DNA of 63,068 nt, filler included, from 8 parts of 8 records of this genome joined end to end with filler, not necessarily neighbours in it; one strand, 5' to 3'. Counted from the whole stretch's first letter, positions 49,409 through 60,861 are shown. Numbers and translations: made by a program. Notes: generated by a model from the sequence alone, not told the origin.

Positions 49409-51709
49409 CTATTTGTTGAAACTATCAGACATTTGGAGAAGCAGCTTCCCACCACCAGCAATCTGGCTATGACTTATTCGGTAGTCTTTAACTTCCTCAT
49501 TATTCCAAAATACCTGATTTGAATAAACATTTGCAGGGCTGTTGTTTTGCGTTTCAATAACAAATGTTTCGCCCGAATAATATTCCGGATTAAGCTGAAT
49601 AGTTACTTTATCAAAAATTGGGCTTCCAATCTGATACTCCGGATTTTCGTCGGTACCACCATTCATTTGGAACAAACCTATTTTTAATAGTACCGAAAGG
49701 CTTCCCATTAACCCCTGATCTTCGTCTCCATTAAAACCCGTTGCAGGAGATAATCCACTAAATGCTTTATCTACAACCTTTCTAATCCAATATTGCGACA
49801 AATCGGGGCGGTCTAACTGATTAAATACGTGCCCTGTTTGAATAGAAGGTTGATTTCCGTAGTTAATTGGTACACGACGATACTCAGGATGCAACTCCTT
49901 ATCATGTGCTCCGCCTGAAGTAAATCCTAATTCTTCCGCTGTTTCAAATTGTTGATTTAGTTTTTCCGCCGCTTTTTCTTTGCCCCCCATTAATTCGGCC
50001 AGGCCTGCAATGTTGTGTGGTACAAACCAAGTTGATTGTGCACCATTCGATTCGTTAAAACCAGTTTCGTAATTATATGGGTCGAAATCGGCTAACCAAT
50101 TACCATTTATACCTTTAGGACGCATCCATGTGGTTTCCGAATCATAAACGTTTTCATAATTCTTCGAGCGCTCCACAAAATAACTGTAATCTTTATCGTA
50201 TCCCAGTTTTTTGGCTAATTGAGCGAGTGTCCAATCCTGATAAGCGTATTCCATTGTTAAACTGGCACCATCTTGATGGAAACCAAATTTTCCCTCAGGA
50301 ATAGGAAATGGAACATAACCATTTTTTACGTAATTACTAAAACCACCACCTAAGTTTGTATCGTGTTCGTAGCCCGCTTTTTCCATAATTCCGCCGGGCA
50401 TGTGGTTCTTTTTTAAGGCCTTATAAATATCATACAAATTATCTTTTACAATACCTTTCTGAATAGCGCTTACCATAAATGGTGTTGCCGATGATCCGGT
50501 CATAACATAAGTATAATTTCCTCCGGAAGGTCCGCGCGGAACTAATCCTCCATCGCGGTAATACATCATCATCGATTGTACAAATTCTTCCATAATCTCA
50601 GGATAAACCAAGCCCCAAAGCGTGTTGATTGTCCACTGTGCTCCCCAAAATGCATCGGAATTATAGTGGTTAAATCTTGGAGTGCCATTTTCGTCTAACG
50701 GCAGCAGGCCTACACGAAATTCATCACCTGTATAATCAAGATAGGCCCCATTTGCATCGCTGATAATTCGGCGACCTTGCAATCCGTGCCAAAGGTCAGT
50801 GTAAAAACGTCGTTGCTGCTGTTCTGTGCCTCCTTCAATCTGAATACGGTTTAATAAGGCATTCCATTCATTTTGCGAATCGCTAACAATTTCATCAAAA
50901 TTCCAACCGGGCAATTCGGCACTAATATTCTTTGCAGCATTTTCTACCGAGGTATACGAGATTCCTGCTTTTAACAGAACCTCATCCGCACTCTCGTCGA
51001 AAACCAAAAGATAATTGCCGGTATCTTCATCTTTCTCTACACTTGCAATTTTGGCATTACTCTTAATCTGAAAAAACACTTTTGTTGGTTTTGGACGGCG
51101 AATAGTTGCACCACTGGTAACTTCGCCCACAACTGTATTGTCGTCTGTTTTTGTTAGCTGTCCGTCTTCGTTAGTACATGGCCCAAGCATGGTATTCAAA
51201 TTCAACAACAAGGCAGCTTTTCCTTCGCCGTTAAATTTATACTTATGAAATCCAACTCGTGTAGTACTGGTAATTTCTGCTGCAATTTTATATCGATCGA
51301 GTTCGAGGTATTGATACCCGGGTGCTACCTTTTCGGTTTCGTGACTAAAGTGCGAGTAAAAATCGCTAAAAATAGTTTCACTATTATTTTCGGTTAAAGC
51401 AACCGGCATTACCGAAAGCCCCGAAAGTTGCCAGGCATGAATGTGACTAAAACCTTTTACCGTATCGGTTTTATAGCGGTAGCCACTCCCCCATGCTCCA
51501 CCAATTTGAGTGTCGGGACTCAGGTTTACCATTCCAAACGGACGGCACGCCGATGAAAAAAAGAACCAGCGCGAGTTCTCGGTGTCGAGGTGTGGGTAAA
51601 CCAAATCAACCAAATTTTTGTTTGTTTCTTCTGTATTTTTTTGAGCCGGAGTACATGCGCTTAAACCTACAATTAGTAGTCCTATCCAATAAATAAAATG
51701 CTTCATCAT
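49409..51709 (-). CDS. GH92 alpha-mannosidase-family lipoprotein
   Basis: Lipobox LSAC; PFGMVNLSPDT, GFSHIH, TMEYAYQDW, FNESN, YGNQPS, GDEDQGLMGS. Confidence 0.92.
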   Translation of the reverse strand: MMKHFIYWIGLLIVGLSACTPAQKNTEETNKNLVDLVYPHLDTENSRWFFFSSACRPFGMVNLSPDTQIGGAWGSGYRYKTDTVKGFSHIHAWQLSGLSVMPVALTENNSETIFSDFYSHFSHETEKVAPGYQYLELDRYKIAAEITSTTRVGFHKYKFNGEGKAALLLNLNTMLGPCTNEDGQLTKTDDNTVVGEVTSGATIRRPKPTKVFFQIKSNAKIASVEKDEDTGNYLLVFDESADEVLLKAGISYTSVENAAKNISAELPGWNFDEIVSDSQNEWNALLNRIQIEGGTEQQQRRFYTDLWHGLQGRRIISDANGAYLDYTGDEFRVGLLPLDENGTPRFNHYNSDAFWGAQWTINTLWGLVYPEIMEEFVQSMMMYYRDGGLVPRGPSGGNYTYVMTGSSATPFMVSAIQKGIVKDNLYDIYKALKKNHMPGGIMEKAGYEHDTNLGGGFSNYVKNGYVPFPIPEGKFGFHQDGASLTMEYAYQDWTLAQLAKKLGYDKDYSYFVERSKNYENVYDSETTWMRPKGINGNWLADFDPYNYETGFNESNGAQSTWFVPHNIAGLAELMGGKEKAAEKLNQQFETAEELGFTSGGAHDKELHPEYRRVPINYGNQPSIQTGHVFNQLDRPDLSQYWIRKVVDKAFSGLSPATGFNGDEDQGLMGSLSVLLKIGLFQMNGGTDENPEYQIGSPIFDKVTIQLNPEYYSGETFVIETQNNSPANVYSNQVFWNNEEVKDYRISHSQIAGGGKLLLQMSDSFNK

Positions 51710-51812
51710 TATTTTTTATGTTTTTGGTAAAAGTAGTTCGATATTTTTTAATTGATGTGGAATTTTCGATCGGGAATATGAAAATATAATTAATAATTGG
51801 ATTAGTACACGC

Positions 51813-53366
51813 CTAATTTACGTCTATTATTTGTTTTTGGAGATGTTCATCCAAATCAATTCCATCCACTTTTTTCAATACAATTGTTCGACTGGAATTT
51901 GGCAATTTTATATTGTCCATTTTAATTTCCGCTACGTCATCAAAAACAAAAGGTGGGCGAAAATCAGGATGTTCCAAATTTAGAGTTACATTTTGCATGT
52001 GGATACCGTTTACGTGGCGCACATAAAATGCCCATGCTGGCAGTTCGCGAAACATGTGAAACTCGGGGTATTCTCTTATTTGCTCGGGCACCTGATTTAA
52101 CCGACTTAATGGAACATAAGCCATTCCTTTTGATGCTCTTCCCGGATATGTGATTTCAACATTTTCTATTCTCACATTTTCTACATTGTGCCCCGGGATT
52201 CCTACGATTGACGATGGGAAGGGATTGTGAAAGAAGGTAACTGCCGGACCTCGCATATCATAATCTGTATCGGGTCTGCCAAAAGCAATTTGCGCTTTTA
52301 TATGGTGAATGTGCACATTTTTAATGCTACCCGGTTTTTTGCCTGCCCGATGCCCCAAACGTATAAAAATGGCATTACCGGTATTTTCGGCTGTTATGTT
52401 TGATACTTCAATGTTCTCAATTGCACCGCCGTCAACCGATTCGATGGCTATTGCAGAGCGAAATGTATCGTAAACTTTAATGTTTTCAATTTTTACATTT
52501 TTAAATCCTCCGAAGGATGCGGTTCCAAATTTTATGGCGCTGGCACTGGACCGAATTGTACAATTAGCAATGTAAATGCTGTCGTTTGCGTGATCAGTAT
52601 AATACGATTTCAGGCAAATTCCATCATCGGCAGAATTTACATCGCAATTGGTAACTCTCACATTTCGGCAATCGGTTATATCCATAGCGTCGTTGTTCCA
52701 GTAGGCACGGTTCAATACTTTTACCCCATCAATATTCAGCTTGTGGCACAGTTCAAACGAAAGTCCCCAACAGGCACTGTTCCAAAGTTCTACTCCTGTT
52801 ATATTTACATTATTACACATTGAAAACCGGAACAATTTTGGGCGTTGCGTTTCATTGGGTCGCATACGTCTTCTATTGTATTTTGGGTCAACGCGTTCGC
52901 CAATATGGTGCAAACTGTCAATATTTAAAGCCAAAGCCCTTCCTTGTCCGTCAATTCTTCCTTTTCCCGAAATAGAGAAATTATCCACTTTAAAAGCCAC
53001 TAAAAGTGCCATTTGTGAATTATCAGACCGACTACCCAGTTTAGGTCTTCCGGGCATTTTAACATCAATGTAGTCGTAAGGATTTGTACTTCCGAGCAAA
53101 ACAGCACCTTCCTCTAAAAATAAATGAACATTGGATTTAAGCTGCAAACTTCCGGTAAGGTAATTGCCTTTTGAAAAAATGATTTTGCCCCCTTGTTCTG
53201 CACTTACATTATCAATTAAGGCTTGGAGTTTTTCAGTATTTAAAGTAGTGCCATCGCCAATTATACCGAAGTCTTTTACATTATAGTCAGCTTGGGCAAA
53301 GGTTGTAAGACATAAAATTACAGCCAACACTGTGATTAGTACGTTTCTTTTTTTCATGGTTGACAA
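51813..53366 (-). CDS. GH28-family beta-helix glycoside hydrolase
   Basis: YNVKDFG..GDGTTLNT, YLTGSLQLKSNV, NNDAMD, ADDGICLKS. Confidence 0.88.
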   Translation of the reverse strand: MSTMKKRNVLITVLAVILCLTTFAQADYNVKDFGIIGDGTTLNTEKLQALIDNVSAEQGGKIIFSKGNYLTGSLQLKSNVHLFLEEGAVLLGSTNPYDYIDVKMPGRPKLGSRSDNSQMALLVAFKVDNFSISGKGRIDGQGRALALNIDSLHHIGERVDPKYNRRRMRPNETQRPKLFRFSMCNNVNITGVELWNSACWGLSFELCHKLNIDGVKVLNRAYWNNDAMDITDCRNVRVTNCDVNSADDGICLKSYYTDHANDSIYIANCTIRSSASAIKFGTASFGGFKNVKIENIKVYDTFRSAIAIESVDGGAIENIEVSNITAENTGNAIFIRLGHRAGKKPGSIKNVHIHHIKAQIAFGRPDTDYDMRGPAVTFFHNPFPSSIVGIPGHNVENVRIENVEITYPGRASKGMAYVPLSRLNQVPEQIREYPEFHMFRELPAWAFYVRHVNGIHMQNVTLNLEHPDFRPPFVFDDVAEIKMDNIKLPNSSRTIVLKKVDGIDLDEHLQKQIIDVN

Positions 53367-53486
53367 GTTTTATTTCGTTATCTCTAAGTATTCCAATTTT
53401 AATAAAAGAATGGCAAGATTAAAAGATAGAATCCCCTACTCTTTGGTAATGGAGGGCACAATACTTCAGTTTCAATTGGTATTACT

Positions 53487-55129
53487 TCACTTGTAATCTC
53501 CACTTATTAATGGCCAGTCATCGAAGTCTCTGTCAAGTTCTGTATTATCTACTTTTGTAATTACCCATTTGTCTTCGGGCGCATAAACATCGTACTGAAT
53601 TACAGGGCCTTCAGGAAATTGGAATTGTGTTTTTAACTCTTCAATGTTCGCATTTGCCTGTATAATTCCCTGTAGAATATGCTTAGGATCCTTATCCTCA
53701 AAAAGAGCCAGAATTCCCAAAGTATCTGAAGAATATACAGCAATGCCCAATTCCTCTTCGAGTTTATAAACCGACCAGTCGTTATTTTTTGCATCAGGAG
53801 TTAAACCTTCGGGAATATTAACTTTACCGGCCGTGCACGCGAAATTTTTATACACGCCGGTATTGTTCCATTCAAAAAAATCGTTACCGGGCCCGTACAA
53901 ATGAAAAGTGTGTTTTAAATTTGTAGCATTATTATTTACAAACAATGTAATTGGACGCGTAACAATTTGCGACCATTTACCTCTGTTTGTACCACCTGAT
54001 GAAAGTAAAAAGTCCTTCCCTGCTGAATAAATTTCGGGACAAGCTTTTTTGCCATGCCCCAATTTTATAAAATATCCATCCTCTTTTTCGAAAAGTAATT
54101 TAGTTATTTCATCTGCCGGACGATAGGGCATGCACGCTCCCATTAAGGCGTGGGCCTGTCCTTGTCCAATATCATAATTTGTCTCTGTTCCGGGTAAAAA
54201 ACTCATCCAGGCTTTCATAAAAACAGAGTGGTAACCAGTAGTTAGTTCGTGCCAGCTTGCCCGTTCGTACCTTCTTCTCATGGGTGGAAAATATTGATAA
54301 TGATAACTTCCCAGTGCATAACAAAAATTCATATAATCTAACACAGCTCGCGATGCCGAACAAACTTTCTCAGAAGAATACGCTTCAAGGTTTAACAAGG
54401 CAGTAATTGTATAGCCAATATAGGGCATTGAATTAAACTCATACAATCCATTAGCTTGCATTTCTTCCAAACCTTCCAGAATTTTATCTTCCATTCCATT
54501 GCTGATGTTATCGAAATACGGATCATCATTTCCATGTAACCTTATCCACCTGTTTTTTAAATACCTCGATCCTTCGGTCATTAAAATGTGGTTCTCGGTT
54601 TCGGGAGCCAAACCCAAGGTTTTTGGAGCGGTACGCCTGAATTTATTCCCATCTTCAACCAACAACACGTTTAAAAGATGTTCAACAGTTTCCGGGTAAA
54701 GAATTTCCGGCTTATCGCCAAACTGCCATAAAATGGAGGTTAATACCGTAAAGGTGAAATCATAGTCTCCAAGCTTATTTAGAGGCCACTCAGAACCCGA
54801 TACGCCCCAGGGTATCATGTTTAGTATGAGTTTGTTCGTTTCGGGTATGTCGAATTTCGAATGCAGCCGTGCCAGTAGAATTCGGGGATTACTAACTTTC
54901 CCCTTCTTTTTGCCGTATTCTACAGTTTTAGGCGCCCAGGAAGCAACAATTGAATCGTAAAAAACCGATGTAGTATTAAGGTAATTGTTCGTTCTTGCGG
55001 AACAGTTATGTTTCCGGGGTGCATTTTTACATTATTACCAATTCGGCAATAAGAAACAAAAACTAACAAGGTTAGTATTAAAGCACTGAAAATAATCCAC
55101 TTTTTCTTTTTTACTTTTTTTGTACCCAT
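53487..55129 (-). CDS. Uncharacterised membrane-anchored or secreted PUL protein of about 545 aa (frameshift near 54990)
   Basis: The reading frame of 53487-54818 stays open upstream to about 54990 (NNYLNTTSVFYDSIVASW..PRILLARL) and meets the basic-plus-hydrophobic N-terminus of ORF 54920-55147. Confidence 0.7.
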
Positions 55130-55155
55130 AAAATTAGTTTTAAACATTTACAAAC

Positions 55156-57198
55156 CTATAGTTTACTCTTCAAGTTCCGTTCAATTGTGTCTAACATTTC
55201 AAAGGTTGGAAATCCATTGTTAGGGCGACGATTTTCAGGATCGTACCAGCCTTTCCACGTTGGATTTTTATCTCCGTTTATTGAACGATCGTAAACCGTT
55301 TTTAATGCAGTGCGTGCCGCTCCCACTCTGTCAATTGCGTATTTAAGAAAATCACTGTTCCCGGTTTCTTCAAACTGTTTTTTGGCTTTTGTCATCTGGT
55401 GTAACTGCCCTTCGAAACTTAGTAAATCTACATAAATTTGTACGGGCAAAAGAATATAATCGTGATAGAAAATATCCTTTTCTCCAACAATTTCTGCTCC
55501 TTTTTCGGCAGCCGCCAGCGATTGTATTAAAATTGAAATCCGATCATCTTGTTGTTCATAATCACTTTCAACCATACTGTAATCCACCGGAATTGTCGAT
55601 TTTCCGGGGCGAGTTATAGGACCATCGCACAAGTAGGCAATGGCTTCGCGTATTTCCCAAAGATGAAGCACATACCCCGAGCGATTGTATTGCGCTTCGT
55701 GGAGTTTTTTCATCGAATTAATGGCATAGTCACCAACTTCTGGTCCAAAATATTTTGTTGCCCAATCTTTATAAAACTCTTCGCCATTAAAAGCATTTAC
55801 ATTTTCGGCTACCTTCGAGAAAGCTTCCAGGTTAAGTAAAAACGGACGGAATTGCTGCCCGTTTACCAAACAATATTTATTGGCACCGTAATCTTTCACC
55901 ATTTGTTTCATTACGGAATCAATTTTTTCGGGATACGGATTGTGGATGGTATGGTTTAACCAAAAACCGGCGTGCATATAGGTTCCAAAATCATAACCTT
56001 TTGTACTTTCCGGAAGGAATTCGAAATCCACATTCCCATCGTCGCTCCAGGCAATAATCCAATCTTTTGGCGGATTAAAATCGGCATTAAACATTTCCAT
56101 GCCGTCGTGGTAACAAATACATACCTTTTTTGCTTCGGGGTTGTATTCATCAATTAAATCGCCCAGCTCGGCATAAACTTCGTTAAACACATCTATTTTA
56201 TCTTCGCCACACGAGCTTTTATATTCCCAGTCCCAAACCTGGTTTCGCGGACGCAGTATGAAAATATCGGTTTTAGCAATCGGCGTTTCTTCCAGGTAAT
56301 ATTTCCAGGCATCTATCCAGTCTTGTTTATTTTTCGCCCAACAGTCTGCCTTATCTTGAGCCATGGGTTTTATTTTATAGCCCAGTGCCATATCTATTTG
56401 CACCATCATTCCCATATCGTGAGCATAGTTAATCATGCTGTCGATATACGAAATACGAATATCGTAATCGGGGCGTATTTTTTTATACGAGGGACGAAGG
56501 AAAAACTCGGGACGCCCCAACATGTCGAAAAGTTGAATGGCATTGTATTTTATACGAACCAACGAATTTATCATTTCGGTATAATTCTTCCAGTCGTATT
56601 CTAATTTGGGTTCTTTAATGTTTGCCAATTCATCTACATCATTTTCGAAATAACACAGAATTGGAATTTCGGGTGGTGGTATTACTTTATTTTGAAAATT
56701 GAGCAAATCGAGCTTTGGATTCTCTTTGGCGGTGTTGCCATTCCAATACTCCAATGGATCAACATTTAAAATTTTGGAGCAATAGTCGTAAACAGCATAT
56801 TGTGTTCCCTGTACATCGGCACCGGCCAAAACAATGGCTTTCTGTTTTGTTCCTAATTGTGTTTTAGCCCAAATACCACCTCTTTCTCCGGGGAAAGCAT
56901 CGGTTAATATAATGTTACTATTAATAGATAAATCAGCAATTATTTTGTTTGAATTTGTTGTTCCAATAATGAAAAACAGTCCTTTGCCGGGAAGTTCGTC
57001 ACCTTCAGTTATAACGGCGGCAGTTTTTCCGGTAACTTTATTTAAATCGCTTTTTAGGTGCTGAATTGTTAATAGCTCTGCTTGTGTTGCTTTGTTGCCT
57101 GCAATAATGTAGATATTTTCTACGGGATTGCAGGCCTGCATAGCAAACAGGGCTGTAAACAATAACACGATTTGATATATATAATTTATGCGTTTCAT
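55156..57198 (-). CDS. GH115-like lipoprotein
   Basis: Lipobox MQAC; GH67/GH115-type N-domain (DLNKVTG, IIGT, LAGADVQGTQYAVYD..LNVDPLEYW); IIAWSDD. The assignment is tentative. Confidence 0.55.
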   Translation of the reverse strand: MKRINYIYQIVLLFTALFAMQACNPVENIYIIAGNKATQAELLTIQHLKSDLNKVTGKTAAVITEGDELPGKGLFFIIGTTNSNKIIADLSINSNIILTDAFPGERGGIWAKTQLGTKQKAIVLAGADVQGTQYAVYDYCSKILNVDPLEYWNGNTAKENPKLDLLNFQNKVIPPPEIPILCYFENDVDELANIKEPKLEYDWKNYTEMINSLVRIKYNAIQLFDMLGRPEFFLRPSYKKIRPDYDIRISYIDSMINYAHDMGMMVQIDMALGYKIKPMAQDKADCWAKNKQDWIDAWKYYLEETPIAKTDIFILRPRNQVWDWEYKSSCGEDKIDVFNEVYAELGDLIDEYNPEAKKVCICYHDGMEMFNADFNPPKDWIIAWSDDGNVDFEFLPESTKGYDFGTYMHAGFWLNHTIHNPYPEKIDSVMKQMVKDYGANKYCLVNGQQFRPFLLNLEAFSKVAENVNAFNGEEFYKDWATKYFGPEVGDYAINSMKKLHEAQYNRSGYVLHLWEIREAIAYLCDGPITRPGKSTIPVDYSMVESDYEQQDDRISILIQSLAAAEKGAEIVGEKDIFYHDYILLPVQIYVDLLSFEGQLHQMTKAKKQFEETGNSDFLKYAIDRVGAARTALKTVYDRSINGDKNPTWKGWYDPENRRPNNGFPTFEMLDTIERNLKSKL

Positions 57199-57320
57199 TA
57201 TGCGTCAATCAATTTCGTTTTCTGTCTTCGAAGGTTTGGCTTAACAAATTTTCATTCCAATTTATTCTGTAAGAATAGTATGCCCAAAGTACTTTTTTGT
57301 TCAATGAAAGTTTTTAGAAT

Positions 57321-57347
57321 CCGGGCATACGTTAAACGTATGCCCGG
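57321..57347 (-). terminator. Strong hairpin downstream of susD
   Basis: CCGGGCATACGT-taa-ACGTATGCCCGG, a perfect inverted repeat. Confidence 0.7.
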
Positions 57348-57407
57348 CTACCTAACTTACTAAACTATAAATAACTATACTTAAATCTTATGGTATAAAT
57401 CCAATTA

Positions 57408-57630
57408 CTAATATCCAACGTTTTGAGATATAGAAGGAATAGACCTGTCAATTTCAGTTTGCGGAATTGGACGCAAATAATGGAATTCTTCCATTTGCCC
57501 AATCGCTGCTGTCCACGGATTCATAGCACTGGTACGTTCAATTAGTTTACCTGTTCTTTTTAAATCGTACCAACGTGTATATTCACCCATTAATTCGCGA
57601 GCACGTTCATCTAAAATCATGTCAACATCC
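57408..57630 (-). CDS. RagB/SusD family protein, C-terminal fragment
   Basis: ILDERARELMGEYTRWYDLKRTG..YLRPIPQTEID..QNVGY. Confidence 0.93.
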
Positions 57631-57730
57631 NNNNNNNNNNNNNNNNNNNNNNNNNNNNNNNNNNNNNNNNNNNNTTAATTAATTAANNNNNNNNNNNNNN
57701 NNNNNNNNNNNNNNNNNNNNNNNNNNNNNN

Positions 57731-59084
57731 CTCAACCCAGTTTCCCGTTGTTCCCCGGGCAACCCACTCACATGAAGAATCCTCAGGGTAGCCGGACAAA
57801 CAACGATCAAAAAGATTGGAAAGATCACTGGAAGAGTGTGTTGAAGAGGCTGTAATAGTTGCTGCAAGCGGAGCAATGTTGGTGTAGACCTGGGGATCTG
57901 CAGATGAAACCACCCTAACATTTACGGCATCCGGTACACTGGTAAGCTCACCATCACTGACCGTTAATTCAAAAGTTAGTACTTCGTCAGAACTTAATCC
58001 TGCTGGGGCTAGAAAAACAGGATTAGCAATCGTTGATGAAGACAATGTCACTCCCACGCCGCCAACCTGGCGCCAGGAATAAGTTAAAGCATTGTCATCC
58101 AAACTCCCACTGCCATCAAGGGTAACCGTGGATCCTTCAGGTACGTTTTGATCCAACCCGGCGTTCACGATTGGAGCCCGGTTAGTACCCCTATGTTGCT
58201 CAACCCAGAAGATCTCATCCTTATGAACAAATCGCCCTATAAAACCGGCGCTGCCACCCTGAGTCACATGTTCATCCAAAGCCAGTTGTTTCCAGTTTTC
58301 AGGGGTAGAATAAAGTCTGCATAGAAAGCGGCACATCAAGACTTTCTCGCTCTGACCAAACCAGTCCGGTCTGGCTAAGACCTTCAATTTCCCTTAAATA
58401 ACTTGTGGGGTCTAGTTCGTTAGGCCAGGTCAGGTCCGTTTGGCTCCAAACAATGGTCTTGTGAACAGTCGGGTTATAGGAAGCGTTGCCTGCAAAAACA
58501 GCATCTAAAGCAGACAGTAATGCGTTATATGTTGCAGCGTGGTCCAGGCTGTCAAACTCGGAAGTGGTGAAAATGTGTTCGGGATAAAATGACTCTATCA
58601 GTGTCCGAAGATCAGCCACCATATTCGGCCTATTATATAAAGCGGCAGAACCATGAATGTATGTATGATAATCTGTTCCGCCGAGACCCCGGGAAGCGTA
58701 GGTTTCAGACTGACCGTGAGGAGAGGTATAAACGTCGTCTGAAGAAGGATAATTATCCAAAATCTCTGTTAAATATCCATCCGGATACCCGAGAAAAATC
58801 AGGTTATTCTCAACCATTCCTAATTTACTTTGAGCGTTTACCGCTTCGGCTTCCCTGGTTGGAGCCACATCCAAGCTACCATAATCACCATTCGTCAAAA
58901 ACACGACCCGTACCTGCTCACCGCGCTGCAAAGCCCGGTAAATGACACCGGAGGCCATGAGGGCATCGTCATCAGGATGGGGAGAAACTACCAGGATATC
59001 TCCAAATACCAAAACTGGAAAAAAGAACATTGAAACAAAACAAATCGTACTGATGAAAAGTGTGTGAATTTTTCGCATATTCAT
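57731..59084 (-). CDS. Secreted PIG-L/LmbE-family deacetylase with PKD/Ig-like and discoidin-like domains (frameshift at G4 58302-58305; 3' truncated)
   Basis: VVSPHPDDD, LTNGD, REAEA, FLGYPDG, LDHAA; continues as HVTQ..KDEIFW, APIVNAGLDQ..VTLDGSGS..FELTVSDG, NIAPLA..ASS..EW. Confidence 0.82.
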
Positions 59085-59856
59085 AAAAAATTCCCTTTTT
59101 TATAGCCTGAAACAATCGCTGAATACTTTAACTTTGATTCGCAGTTCCAGGCAAGATAGACATAATATATATCTGAAGGTTGCCCCCAAGTAAACAAACC
59201 AAAAGAAATAACAGAATAAACTTTTATTATTTTTCAATCAACATACCACCCTTAGATTTCAATAAGTTAGACTACTTTCAAAGATCATTTCCCGCATCTG
59301 TAAAGAAAACCGACACAACAACAGCCCAAGTTAAAACGCTTTTGAAGCTGAAATTTCCTTGTAATTTTAAATGCTTGTAGTTTTTATCTGTAATTAAATA
59401 CGACAAGGATGCTGGTCAAAGAAATTGGCAAATATTCCGACATCTGTTTTTGGGGCCAGCCACTTTGGAGCTTTTTGGGTTATTGGAAATGCTTTGACTT
59501 GCCAATCGAAACCTTTTTCTAACTAGGCCATCAAAAAAACACCAACCCCAACCACATGAAATACTTATCTTTTTCAGGTTTAGGGGTTGATTTTCCAACA
59601 ACAACCTGAAGGTTTTAAAAAAATGGGGAATTTTTTAGTCAATCCGATTTTCAATAAGTGTAAATTTGTTCGACAGATTTTTTGATTATAGAAGAGGATT
59701 TTGTTGCGTATCAAGAGAGGAGCATAAAAGAAACTCCAGAGTTATCGAGAGCTGGAAGGTTCATTCGAACAAAACTGCTGCTAGCTTTAGCCTGATAATT
59801 TATTTTGACGAGGAGACGAACTTCACATACCAGCCTATAAACAGAAAACCCTTCGG

Positions 59857-60806
59857 CTAAGCAGGAAAGTGCTCTCTCAACCAACGAAGTATTGTTTCAT
59901 TGAGAAATTGCTGAGACTTACGGTTTGAAAGTATGTGATTCGCCTTTTCTGCCTCAACAAACTCATTGAGACAACTAACCGAGAAATATTTTTCTTGAAA
60001 TTTGGGCAGGAAATACTTTTAAATTCCCAAGTTGCTGAGTCCTTTTCTGCGTAAAAAAATAAACAGGGACGAGGATTTTTTGCAAAAACCTCAAAAGAGG
60101 TGAAAATAGTTTTATTGAGGCACTTTTTCATATCAGGATCAGATGATTTTTTATTATCATCATACTCACCTTTGATTTTATGCCTTATATAGTTAACCAG
60201 CGATGAGAAAACGACCTTATATTCGCCACGAAAGGTTAGAAACCTTATCCAGGCTCGTATATCAAACAATTTTTGTTTATATTTAGAAACGTTTTGCTGC
60301 ACAACCCATGGGTCGCGCTTATGGAAGTAGTCATCAGAAGAAAGCGTGACGGGGCCGCCTATACAAATAACACCACCTACTTGCTCATTTTTTGCTGCAG
60401 AATGAATTCCTGTCAAGCCTCCCCCGCAAAAACCAAGATAAACCAGAGTGTCTTTTGGGAACCTGCTTCTCATGAAATCGATAGAAGCATCTGCATTCTG
60501 AACAAACAGCCCAGTTTCAATTGCAGAAAAAATATGTACTATGCTGTTAAGTTCAAGCTCTCCTTCACTGTCACCTATACCACTATCATCAAAACGAAGG
60601 ACATTATAACCGTTTTCAGCTAGCAAGCGTGCAGTTTTAACCTGAATCCTGTGCCAGCCCACCATGTCATTCAGTCCTGTGTTCAAGCAGACCAGGCTTA
60701 TTCCATTAGTATTTTCAGAGTTCCCATAGTGGATAATCCCACGCAACAACAAGCCTTCAGGGTTACGAAACTCAATACATTCTTCAATCACTTTGTGAAC
60801 TTTCAT
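59857..60806 (-). CDS. Alpha/beta hydrolase resembling exosortase-A-associated hydrolase 1 (frameshift at T4 60017-60020)
   Basis: LRFDDSGIGDSEG and elbow LGFCGGG. One added base restores ..EKANHILSN..ILRWLREHFPA*, which carries the catalytic His. Confidence 0.8.
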
Positions 60807-60861
60807 CTTAATGCCAGATTAAAAACCTGGGAACCAATTGACATATCCATTTACACCGATT

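Noticed and set aside
8536..57730. Seven recurring TTAATTAATTAA motifs in N runs as a biological repeat, and functional links across them (for example the pil cluster with the PilR-like gene or the sortase)
   Set aside because: They are artificial concatenation spacers. Neighbouring contigs differ in composition and apparent taxonomy, so adjacency across them means nothing.
58299..58301. TGA in the PIG-L gene as selenocysteine or stop read-through
   Set aside because: Read-through meets another TGA within 8 codons. The protein continues in a different frame, consistent with a homopolymer indel.
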